Origin: Dicyema japonicum
Taxonomy: Eukaryota; Animalia; Dicyemida
DNA length: 64,000 nt
NCBI GenBank assembly: GCA_011109175.1
Contig: RDEW01000018.1
Location: forward strand, 426,618-490,617
Reading direction: 5' to 3'
Of this stretch, positions 38,779 through 50,358 are shown piece by piece. The position numbers were made by a program, and so were the translations under genes. Each line of letters opens with the position of its first letter. Within the stretch, counting starts at the first letter, position 1. Below the pieces are notes generated by a model. That model saw only the letters and a program-made list of their open reading frames with translations, was not told the DNA's origin and searched no databases.

Positions 38779-41163
38779 ATGGAAATACCCTCATTATATG
38801 CGCATTGCCTTGATCATATTCAAACAGACTTTGATGAGAAAAAATATCAAAAATTAAATGAAAAAACTAAGAAAATGATTTTTAAAAGTTTATTTAAGGG
38901 AATGCTATATCCAAAGGATCCATATCTATATGAAAAGATAAATTACACAAATTCAAAGTTACACAAGATTTCTGATTTTGTTCAGAAAAATGTTTTCTGT
39001 GTTGAACTTACTCCTGACATTGACGTTAATGATGTTGTAAAGATGATTCAAGTTTATCCGAATTTATCGAACATTAAATTATCCAACATAACTTCATCAG
39101 AAAAGAATCCTTTATTACCATTCTCACCCAATAACGTCAAATCATTTACACTTAAGCTATATAATGACCCAGATTTACTACATTCCCTATTTATGACTGG
39201 ATTTAACAAAATAACATCTCTTGAACTTGGCTATATGTGTTATGGTGAAAAAATTTTTAAAAATAGCACAATTAAAATAATGGATAAAGTGGAACACATC
39301 TACTTTATGAACATTGTAATTATAGATTTTGAAGAATTTGCTGCTAACTTAAACTGTCCAGAGGCGCTGTGGTTTAATTTATATAAAATTCAGTTATTTT
39401 ACGCAAATGAATAATCGTCATTTTAATGAAACAGATGATACTTTTAAAGTTAATTGTATTCCTCTTCTCGAAAAAACCAACAATCTTAAATTTCTCGACA
39501 TATCGGGATGTATTGTAGACATGGAGAAATTAACAAAGTTATCGATTATAATAATCATAGCTACTTGGGCAAAAAAGGATTTAAGAAAAATCATTTTGAC
39601 AAATTTATAAGTTTCAATGTGAATATATATGAATCGGTAATTTTGACGATATAATATAGAATGAAAAAGAATTACTTATAACTAGCTTAATCAGGTCTCT
39701 CTTCATGTTCAGAAATGAGGATGATTTGTATGAAATCTTAAATTGGATTTTCAGTTCGAATTACAAATTCCGATATAAATTATTAAGTCGGTTTTTGAAA
39801 GTATTTTGAAAACATTAGTTTAGTTTTTGTGTCTTAAATCTAATTTTGAGTATAGAGATCCATATGAATTCTTGTAAGTGAATTATTTTACTCCAGCTTT
39901 ATCTTAGCCAGGATTATTGAAAACTATCAAATATCGCATTTTAACCGTCGGTATGTGTTGATTTTATATTTAGTGTGATTTATTATGGCATTTGTAAATA
40001 TTTTGAGTATTACCGAAATATTCGTCACGAACTGGTAAATTAATTTAAAATTTAAGGATTTTTGTGATTGTTTAAAGTTATTTCACTTTTTAAAACCATG
40101 GGAATCATCAATTTTCGTTTGCAAACTTTTCATTTTAGTTGCCTTCGTTTTCATTCATCCTTAAAGGAATTTCTTGTTGGTATGAAGACTATAGTCACGA
40201 TTACGATACATATCGTTCTATTTTAAAAGATTTGAGCATAGAATATTTAACTTTTCTTGGATTTTCCGGACTTGTAAAAGTTTAAAATTAATGACAGGAT
40301 TATTTTAGTATTGCTTTGATTCTTGTGAAACATGCTACGTCATGGGTTTTTGCATATTTAATTTTTTGAGATATCTTCTAGGTATTTGAAATTATTTGTT
40401 TAGATGAAAATGACAAAAATGTGGATTTGTTTGTTGATTTGGATGGAGTTGCTCGAATTCACAATTTTTTAGAACGATTTTCATTAGAAGCGGATCGAAA
40501 CCTTAATATCATATTTATGAGTATAGAGATCATAATTCCAATTATTAAAGTTGTAGAAACTCTAGCTAAATTTCCAAACGTAAGAGGTTTACTTGTTTCG
40601 TGTGGAATAATAGAAGATTTATTGTAAAGTCGGTGTTTCATTAAAAGGAATCCTGATTACGATCAACTTGATTTTAATGCGCACTATTTTATCTGGAGTT
40701 GCATGTGTCTAATACTAGGAGATCCAAATATTATTTTTCCAACATTTTTAAAATTGAATATCGGTGATTTGAGTCCAAAAGATTCATTCTAAATAGGATT
40801 TGTCAATTTATTAAAGAAAATCCATATGAAGCAGACTGCGACATCCATAGTAGGTAGTTTAATTTTCTATGTCGTAGGTCTATGATACCAACAATAAAAT
40901 TATTAAATATGAATACAGACGAGCGAATTTGGCTTTGGGTTGTGTGGGAATTTGCTAATTTAACCACTAAATCTCGTTATTCTTTACTTTAATATTAGCA
41001 AATCTTTTCATGGACATGTTGATTCCCCATAATATAATTCAGAAAATTGAGAATATATGTAGTCAATCCAACATGGAAGAGATCCATTCCTACGCTGAGA
41101 TTTTTAAAACAAATTACAATGTTGTTATTTTAATTATTTTAGGATTATATTAATCATCATTAA
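38779..41163 (+). CDS. BC-box / LRR-like / ARM-like protein, ZYG11/ZER1-like, paralogue 2 (most intact)
   Basis: SLYAHCLDHI BC-box and NLKFLDISGC LRR-like repeat. IHSRSMIPTIKLL...WLWVVWEFANL...IIQKIENI resembles the ZER1 C-terminal INYRSFEPILRLL...WATWALYNL. Fourteen GT-AG introns of 22-29 nt give a continuous frame except one missing A at about 40783. Confidence 0.75.
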
Positions 41164-43065
41164 CAATAATTAAATGTGAACCTAATTGCCATATTGATTT
41201 CTAAAAACTCATTATTTATAATTTTTCTCATCGATTGAGTTTGTTACGACGTCTCTATTATTATTATGTCTTATTCGTATTATTTACCGACTAGTCTGTT
41301 ACTCTGGGAACGTTTGATTGAAAAGGATTTAAACAACCTTACAAGAAACACCAACTGACATGCGATCTAACAAAATAAACATCTCTCTCTGCTGTCTACA
41401 AAAGACAAAAACGACCATAGAATGTACAGAACTGTATGACAAATTCCACCTTTTTACCCTTTCATCGGCCTGTCAAAATTATTAGATTTGCAGTCCATCA
41501 AAACCTGATCCACTGTGATACAAGAGTGTGGCAGCATCTGATCGTGCCGCTGTGCTGCAAATCGGAAATAAAATCTACTCACTCATTTTTTATAATGTAC
41601 ATACCCTAATCGTGCAAGTCTTAACAAAAATCGAAAAGCTGGACGCATTTTCTCATTTTCACGAATGTTAATAAAAAAAATTCTCTTAGTGTAAAAATGG
41701 TACTCATAACTAATTTTAAGTACATGGCTTCAATGACTTATGCAATGGCTGCGAAATTCTTTGAGACCTTTACTTTGCTCCTACTACTTTTATTTTCATT
41801 TGTTTCGGCGAACTTATTTTAATAGTTCACACACGTGTTTGTGTGGAACTACTTCTGCCGCATTTCATTGAAGAACTTCTCCAGGCGATTCGACCGTTTT
41901 TGCCTCCGACAAAAGAACAAAGTAATTTGTGGTGGGAACGGTCCATTCTGCCCAGAGAGTGATTCCTCTCACGTGATGACGGCCCACTACGTAGTTACTA
42001 CTGAGATATATGAATATGCTTACAGTAGTGTTCACCTCAAAATTGTTAGTGGATTTGATCGAGGTTCTGCGGAATTTCCGAAATGCCCATTCGTGCTTAT
42101 TTGCTGGCGACATGTCCCGTGGGATGGATCTAGTAAAAATATAGTTCAAATAGACACCAATTTTACCTAAAAGTTGTGACTGCGGGTTATTTAGATGCTG
42201 ACTTTCCTCAATTTTACAAAACTCTCCGAGGAGACTGTCATAGGATTTTTACAATATTAGAAGAGCAAGTCAACTGAATTTGAGGAACATGTACTCTTCC
42301 TTTCCTCTGGTCGCGTCATTGGATCTTCATTACTCAAGAGACGCCCAATTTGGTCGGCATTCAGAAGAATCATTTATTAGAGAGACAATTTCGTTGTCTG
42401 GCAACGAGTTCTGGAATCTAATTCAGCTTCCAAACGTTCTCTAGATCATTGTGCTGGAAAGAAGGTCCTGCTGGAACTCTTCAGTGCCAAGGAATTAGTT
42501 ATTTTTTTACCATCGGTCTTTGAATAATTTTATTATGGATTGCATCTTGTGAATTGACACAACTTACATAGCGAATAGAATGATGGAAGTCTATTATGCT
42601 TGTAGAAAGCTTATGTGTATAAGGTTAAAGTTAGTTCCACAATTGTAACCCAATAATTACCTAAGGACTCTATATTGGGGGTTGAACACTACGTACGATC
42701 TGGAAACTGGTAAACAATAAAAAGGGTTGATGGCAAAAACATTTAAGCTGTGTTTAAGACTGCACATAGGGTACTATATGTACTATGGTTAAGTTAACAG
42801 TGCTTATTAAGAAATCTGATCACGTGCTCAAGTAACGTGCCAAATGTCAAAGTTTAATTTCGGAAATCTGTTTTTAATGCTTAATTATAACTTTATTTAA
42901 TTAATATATTTTAGGAACGTGTATAAGCTAAGAAACTTAAAAATTTAGATACTATGAAATTACTCAAGAAGTCTGGCTGAACTCGTCAAGACATGTGAGT
43001 ACTTCAAATAAATCGGGTTTCACTTAGAATTGAAATATTGATATCAAATAAATAAGCTATTAAAT

Positions 43066-43150
43066 CAGGGTTTCCCAAAGTGGGCGATTTCGCACCCTTG
43101 GAATTCAAAGAGGGCGTTTATGAGTAATCGCCCCCTTTGAATTTTGACAC
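43066..43150. mobile_element. Solo hAT-type terminus
   Basis: CAGGGTTTCCCAAAGT resembles the Buster TIR at 8550. No partner end found. Confidence 0.35.
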
Positions 43151-43169
43151 AGAAATGAGGGTCCTTATT

Positions 43170-44640
43170 GCTAGAAGAAATAGACTAAAAAAACTATTGA
43201 TAAAACAGCATCTTTGAATACTGAAATTACAGATCTGAATAAGGAAATTACCAAAAAGATCAGAAATTAAAAAAAATTGGAAACTGCTTTGAAATTTTAT
43301 GTCAGTTTAAGTCACAAATCATATTTGAAGCTGGATCATCAACCGAATCACAAGAAGAAAAAATATCCATACATCGAATATTTCAAACCACTGGAAGTAT
43401 TTATGCAATTAAATACGTGAAAAATATAAAATTTAAAGGGGCGGATGACATTTCAATAACTGAATTGAAACACTTAGGTCAATAGCGAACGATGCTCACT
43501 GAAATTTTAATTACTCAATGAATAGAAATGAGATTCCTCATTATGGAAAAGATCACTTATACATCCAATACCTAAAAAGAACAAAACTTTAACGACCCGG
43601 AGTTATCGTCCAACATCGATTCTTTATGGCCTTTTAAGAACATTGGAAAAATTAATCCTCCACACGATAATCATTTGCTGATCTTGCAAGTTTACAGCAT
43701 GGCTTCAGATCGGGATACTCAACTTGAACACATCTAACAAAACTAATCAGTTCATCTCGGATGACTGAACTACTCGAAAATACATAAAAGAACGGTACTT
43801 GTCGCTCTGGATATCGAGAAGGTGTTTGATTCGGTACCGAGGAAGACTCTAACGACAAAAATTTTTGACACCGATATCATCAAAAAATCCAGACGTGGCT
43901 GGGCAATTTCATTAATGGTAGAAAAGACAAGTTGTCATGAATAATAGAAAATCAAGACAACGATACCTCCCCAACGGGGTCTCTCAAGAATCCCCTTTAT
44001 CACCAACCTTGTTCAATTTATTTACAAGAGACCTTCCAAATTCAAAATACCATCCTTCTGTCTTATGCCGACGATATCATTGTCGCAGAAAAACACCAAG
44101 ACCATAAAGAAGCTGCACGAAGGGTTCAGGAGACCCTCGACATTATGAACCCATGGTTCCTCAAAAACCACATGAAAATATCCCCTGGGAAGTCGAGCAC
44201 TGCGATTATCTCCTCCTACAGGAAACATACATCCTTCGATCCTAAATTAACTTGGAATGGAGAGCTTATCCCAGTTAATAAGAACCCATCAATCCTTGGA
44301 GTTACATATGACCCGTTGATGACGTTCACACATCATGTGGACACAATAATTTCAAAAGTTCAAAAAAAGATGGGGATCCTCAAAACCTTTGCTAGATCGC
44401 CAATATCTTCACTTTCTCATTTTAAATTATTATACAAACAGTATATTCTACCGACAATGGAACATAAATGATTACACTTTTGTCAATATCCACGCAGAAC
44501 AAATTAGAGGTCATACAAAACTAATGCCTCCGGGTCCTTCCTAAATGTGACAGAATGACACCTACGTCAGAAATAGGAACACATTAGATCTCAAAAAAGT
44601 TATGGAACATCTTGGTGACAAACAACAAAAATTCTTGAAA
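43170..44640 (+). mobile_element. I/Jockey-group LINE RT region, degenerate
   Basis: SYRPTSI..., LQHGFR, VALDIEKVFD, LSPTLFNL, YADD and ILGVTYDPLMTFTHHVD. Confidence 0.75.
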
Positions 44641-44849
44641 TTCTTGCGATATTTTGGTAACCCCTTGAAGATGAGTTTTTTGCCTATTAGAAGTATGCTC
44701 GCAAATTTGAGATCAAACCTTCCCCTTTTGGACGATCATGAAACATTGCAAACAGAGTCGAAATAAAGGAGGACGCACTGACATCGGGATCACTAATAAA
44801 GACGATAACTCTTTCCTCTTTCCTGTGTTCCCGGGGTTTAATAATAATT

Positions 44850-45600
44850 TTTTGGTGTGGTGGTGACGTGCCTCGTTTCTTTTCTGTACAACGGTTAAGA
44901 AAAATGTCTAAAAAGCAGAAGATACAAGAGAATATGCTTACCCAAAACTTCTTACGTTTAATTCTAGAGGAATATCTAAGCCTCATTCAAGAAATACTCT
45001 CTGTGATGACCTAGAAAAATATAACGTTTTTATTAGCTGTATACAAGAGACAAAAATTACGTACTATCTCGATGAAAACCATCAACACTATCGATTATTA
45101 GGCCTACCCAGTGACTCAAAACACTATGGTCTTGGATTCGCTATTCACAGAAAACAATCACCTGACATCAGTCCCATTTGGCGGGTGAATGACAGGATCT
45201 GCGTAATACAACAACCAGTGTTCCCTAAAATACACTAACAATTATAAATGTATATGCACCACACTGTGGGAGAGTGGCAAAAAAACTGGATGAATTCTAC
45301 TTAGCATTATCAAAGACGTATAATGAATATTAGTTGTCCTCACTTATATTCATTGCTGACGATCTAAATGCGAAAATTGGAACAAAAAAGAACTCAGAAG
45401 ATACCTTCATGTGAAGACACGGAAAAGAAAGTTGCCTAGGACCATACTTGGCCATTTCTGTACCGCAAACAAATTGTTCTTGTGCAACACCGCATTCTCT
45501 CATCGTGCATGCACATAACCACTTGGATGGGCGAACGAAAAATCCCAGATGGAAAACTAGCCCTATATATAACCAAATTGATTATATTATATAATCCTAA
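44850..45600 (+). mobile_element. RTE LINE 5' end (APE domain); the matching 3' end lies at 46330-46805 with nested fragments between
   Basis: 5' motif TTTTGGT..GGTGACGTGC as at 8001-8025, then TFNSRG...CIQETK...HYGLGFAIH. The 3' piece has RWRLFGH, FRGRPRTTLP and a (TAA)n tail. Confidence 0.7.
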
Positions 45601-45719
45601 CGGGTAGGGGGCAAATTCCACTAGAAATTCCAATAGTTTTTAAATATTCTTAATATTTTTTAATTAAATCTGTGAACTTTGGACGGAGGGGAGTGTTTTA
45701 ATTAATCTGGAAGCTTAAA

Positions 45720-46140
45720 CTTTGGATAACAAATTTCTTAAGTGGACGGAAGGGACGTGATGCCTCGGAGGACTGAAATCAGTCTCGCGTTTTCTCCCAA
45801 ACGGTGTCCCCCAGGGATCTCCTTTATCCCCCGCCTTAATTCAATTTATTCCTGGCCGACCTCCCGACACCGGAATCCAATAACGATGTACTACTCTCAT
45901 ATGCGGACGACATTGTTTTGGCCTCGCGTGATCGAAAAGACTACAAATTAACCTGAACCAACTCAACGCCTGGGTAATGAAGAACCCACTCTTGATAAAT
46001 TCCAGAAAGTCGGTCACGTCTATGTTTACTTCGGACAAAAGGTTGGGGAAGATGACTGTCAAGTTAAAATTGGACAAGTTGAAATCGCCTTCAGTAAATG
46101 TCAGAAGATCCTGGGCGTGACACTGGATACACACTTATGT
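45720..46140 (+). mobile_element. I/Jockey-group LINE RT fragment nested in the RTE
   Basis: GVPQG..LSP.L.NL.LADLP, YADDIV, PEKSVT and KILGVTLDTHL. Confidence 0.7.
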
Positions 46141-46328
46141 TTGTTACCACACCCCGGTATGCGGGAAGGTGGCCCTGCAAATACAGTCTGCCGCCCAGTA
46201 CGAGCTTGTAGGGTACGAGGGAGGAGCACCGGAAAAGAATAAGGATTTTGGCGGAACGCATCGGATCACGTGATAGTTAGTTTTGGTTTTACCGTGGTCT
46301 TGGGTGTTAAATAAATAAATTAATAAAA
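46140..46328 (+). repeat. Dispersed element of about 185 bp with (TAAA)n tail; second copy 58965-59155 on the - strand
   Basis: Two copies share GCGGGAAGGTGG...CAAATACAGTC.GCCGC.CAGTACGAGCTTGT...GAGGGAGGAGCACCGG...GGAACGCATCGGA...TTTTACCGTGGTCTT, then a TAAA tail. Confidence 0.8.
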
Positions 46329-46809
46329 CAGTGACGATTTATCAGACTGTGACATATTATATGCCGGATTAACGACAAAAGCTCTCTTATATACGAAGGT
46401 TCAACAACTGTCAGCGATCAATAGAAAACATAACTGGAATTTTATGGACATATAAGATCTCGCGAAATGTACTGACTGTACAATAAGTGTGACTGTACAT
46501 CTTAAGTCACGAGATCATTAGCTCTCGTTGGCGACTTTTTGGACACGTCATGAAGGTTGGACCCGATGTCCCCTTCGAATATCGCAATGGAAGATTACTA
46601 CTCTTCCAATGTAAAACGCTTTCGTGGAAGACCGAGAACAACCCTTCCGGTCGATTTACAAAACGATTTGAAAGCCGTGAAGAAACCATTGGCATCTGGT
46701 GACTCACTGAGGACAGAAGAGCTTGGAGCAAGCTAACAAACTCTCTTATATTTTTTGCTAGGCTATAAATATTATGGCTCCCGTGAAAGTGCTGATAATA
46801 ATAACACAG

Positions 46810-47130
46810 TCATCCATCCAAAGAAGACCCCGCCGACAATATCGACGTTGCCTCTCACGTTTGCAACAGACATCAAATGGAAAGCCACCGGGTCTCACGC
46901 GCGTCGTGGCTTTCTAGTGTAACTAGGTGTTTGAGTTTTTTAGGAAGCGAAGCGAATTTTCACTTATTCCTCCAGTTGTCTCGACCACAATCTGATTGAA
47001 CTCGAATCGGTCGCGTAGCGCTTCGTATTTCTTCTCTTTTGCCCTCATCGTTTTTTCTGCAGCATACAGTGTGTCTACCGCGCTCCCGACAACGTTGGAC
47101 AGACAAAATGGATGGACACAAGTAGCGTTC
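46810..47130 (-). mobile_element. CRE-type retrotransposon 3' fragment
   Basis: ATCVH...AKEKKYEALRDRFEF..IVVETTGG...RETRWL...VRGN. Confidence 0.7.
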
Positions 47131-48639
47131 AGACCAAAGGCTTTTAGTCTGCTAATAAACCAGTAATTTTAACAATTTCAGTCCAAACGAATGCTTGTGA
47201 CTAAATCAGTAATTACGCCTAGACCGGTACATTGAGATCTTGTCGAGTAAAGGCAATATTCCACACAAAACGAAAATTATTTTTGGGTAACTATTTTGAA
47301 ATTTGGTGTGGTAGAAAGTGCCATTAGAATATCTGCAAATGAAAGTTCTCGAATCCTGAATAGAATTTTTTTTAAATTGGAACCGTAGAACAAGGAAATA
47401 GGAAAAATTGAAGATGGTGATAATATTTTAATAAGCCACGACAGAGACGCAAACGTAGTTAATAGAAATACCCCTTATACGACAAATTTCAACGAAAAAA
47501 ATATACAGCATATGCCAGATACTAAATTAAACAATTTAAAATAACATTTTTTAATAAATTGTATTGCTTAATTTAGTTTGCTCAACCATTTTCGGGAATT
47601 TTTATATAAATGAAAAACGCGACATTCAATCAATGATTTTGATGTAATGTAGGCTTGCAGGAGGTCACGATCACTTAAATATTAGGGAGAAAATTAATAA
47701 TTTCAAATATTTAATGATAGATGAAGAAAAAACTTCAGAAATGTAATTTTTATAAAGGATTAATAATATTTTTAAAACCTCGCAGTTCTGGCGTCTCGCA
47801 GATATGGACTGACACTAAATTACTTATTTCAATCTTAAGTAACTTAAATCAAAATAAAAATGTCCCAAAAAAAACTAAAAGTACGTGGTCGAAAATTTTT
47901 TTAAGTGAGATAAAACAGTAATTCATTATAATTGTAATACTACTGAGGGTACAGTTTGGTTGCAATCGTTTACTTTAGGGGAAGTTTTGGTCGTAAACTG
48001 TGAACACACTTTGAAGGGTAAATGATATATCCATTTGGTCAGAGGTGGTTACTAAGCTATATTGTCTTTAAATAATGTAAATAAACTTAAATAATTTCTA
48101 TTCATTCCCAGGACCCTCAAACTTTTGAGTAATTTGCTAAACATAGTCGATGATCCATATCAAAATAATCCAAAGTATTTTGAGGGTTACTTGGATCTCC
48201 AAAATTATCATACAGATCAAACTAATTTTTACGGACATGGTATATACTTAAAAGAGAAAAACGGGTTTAAATTTTTGTGCAGATAGGGAGATACGGGAAC
48301 TATTGAAATTTTTTCGAAATTCACCTCTATATTTAAGCACTACACCGTCCATTAGAAAACATGTTTTCTAATTCAATGTTTTCATGTGTATGAATGTAAT
48401 CAAATATGAATGATGGTTTTTCCAGCGACTAAAATCTATCCTTCATATTACGAGGATTTCGAAGACGTCGGATATAGTAGACTGAAGTGAAAGATTCAAA
48501 AACTATAGAAAAACAAATAAGAAACAGCCTAACAGGATTCCGACGTACTAATAAAAAAATCTGCGAGTTTTAAATATTTGCGTTAATTCCGCTATTCAAC
48601 ATGTATTTAACAAAAATATACTTCCGTATATATGGAAAC

Positions 48640-48995
48640 ATTCTCAATGGAACATTTTGACATTTGGGGAACAGAAGAGCAGAGCGGATGTTTGGCATTT
48701 AAGTCTTTGCAGATCCTTTAGTCAACACTGTCTCGATATGTTGAGGATATACGAAGTAAGAACAACTTTTGAGGGTATATAGACATTACACAGTGTAAAA
48801 TATCTCTTCGGAGAAAAAAGATTCAAATGGGGTGATATCCGTAAATTTAAGTCCTTTCTTCAAAATAGTCGATAACCCTCCTCCGAGACTTCTAGTTCGG
48901 TCCTTGCAAAGTATACAATATCCAAGAAAACAAGGTTTTGGGTATTTTCTAGAGAGCTTCGATTCTTGAGTGATCGCAAAGTCCACTATCAATTG
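48640..48995 (-). mobile_element. I/Jockey-group LINE APE fragment, same family as 26880
   Basis: ITQESKL...KDRTRSLGGGL. It shares the nucleotide block GACTAAAGGATCTG...AAAGACTTAAATGCCAAACATCCGCTCTG with about 27056-27108. Confidence 0.75.
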
Positions 48996-49009
48996 GGATA
49001 AGAAGAGTG

Positions 49010-50260
49010 TAGTTTCAACACTTTATTGTCTCTGTAGGTCAAAAGATCTTCGAACAAGGCTCTTTGTAGGTCAAAGAGGTCCTGCGTATGTATCTGCGGT
49101 TATTGTACTTAGCAAAGCGTGAACTGGGTGATTCGGGTCGAACGACTGCCGTAGGAATTGTAAATTACGCATTTCTAGGTGGTCATAGAGCGGGAGGATT
49201 TTCGACTTTCAATGTAAATGGTCGGTGGGGGTTGACTTTAAACAGCCAGTTATTATTCTCAGCGCCGAGTTTTGCACTTTCTGCAGTTCTTGAGAAAGGG
49301 ACAAGGAGATTGAGGGGCGCCCAACTTGGTGAGCGTAGTTGAGTGTAGTCCTGATGAACTGTTTGTAGAGAGAGTTAAGTTTCTTTTTGCTGGACCGTTG
49401 AGTGGCCAGCTACTGCCCGTAATATGTTAAGTTCCGCTTGGCTTTTGTCATTACTTCCTCCACTTGTCGTTGAAACAGAGTGAAGGATCGAAGACAACTC
49501 CAAGGATCTTCGGTATTTATTTTAAGGGGAGTGGTTCGTCACCCAACGAGAGTGTGGGGTTTAGGTTGAATTTTCTTCGATCGTTGTGAACAGGGTAGCT
49601 GATGACTTCGAGGTGGAAACACTCATCCAGTTTAAGTTCATCCAGCGGATAGCAAGTTCAGGTGGTACTGCACTTTTTCGGTGGCCATCGAACATCGCCA
49701 CTCCTGGATGCGATTACTAGATCATCGGCATATGTCAATAGTTAACGTATTTTGGGTTGTTGGATGATTCTTTGACGTAAAGGTTGAAAAGTGAGGGTGA
49801 AAGGCACTGATCCCTGGGAACACGCGTTTGGTAGGAGTCGGTTATCTTGATAGATTTGAATATAGACACGTATGACCCAGTCTTCCCGAGAGGAAATTTG
49901 CGAGCCATGACTTCCATACAGAGGGAATATTTGAAAGAATAGATCTTGTGCAGAGGACCACACGGGAGATTCTGTCGAAAAGCTTTAGTTAGGTCAATAG
50001 AGCGCCAAGACAGTTCGTTCCGGGGTTTGCAAGTTGTTGAAACCGTTGAGATGTATTGGGGTTAGTGTCAGTAATGTGCGTGGTGGTCGAGTGTAAAAGG
50101 ACGGAAACCATGTTGTGAGTCGGAGAGGTTCGAGGTAGGGGGTGATTTCGTTAAGAATGATCCTTTCGAGATTTTTGAGACAACAGATGTTAAGGAAATT
50201 GGCCTGAACGAAGAGGGCAAGGAGGAGGCTTTGTTGTTCTTGAGTATTGGGGACGCAAAG
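49010..50260 (-). mobile_element. I/Jockey-group LINE RT, 5'-truncated
   Basis: SFRPISLTSVVSK, QHGFRP, GFNN..PERT...DLTKAFD, GVPRDQCLSPSLFNLY and YASPSWAPL. Confidence 0.8.
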
Positions 50261-50358
50261 CTAAAATTCCGTAATTGTTAATTAATATTTTTTATAAAAA
50301 ATCATAAAATATTTTTATTTAAAAATTATCTTAATTATAAATTCATTTTTGTTAGAAA

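Noticed and set aside
41697-42170. Secreted protein (hydrophobic leader + 24-nt intron + 111-aa ORF) or DEAD-box motif V remnant (VLIC..DMSRGMD)
   Set aside because: The two readings conflict, the helicase reading needs frameshifts, and neither has supporting flanking motifs.
47990-48500. Further mini-intron gene remnants (also 53640-54180)
   Set aside because: Some GT-AG spacers exist, but I could not build a continuous frame or recognise a motif.
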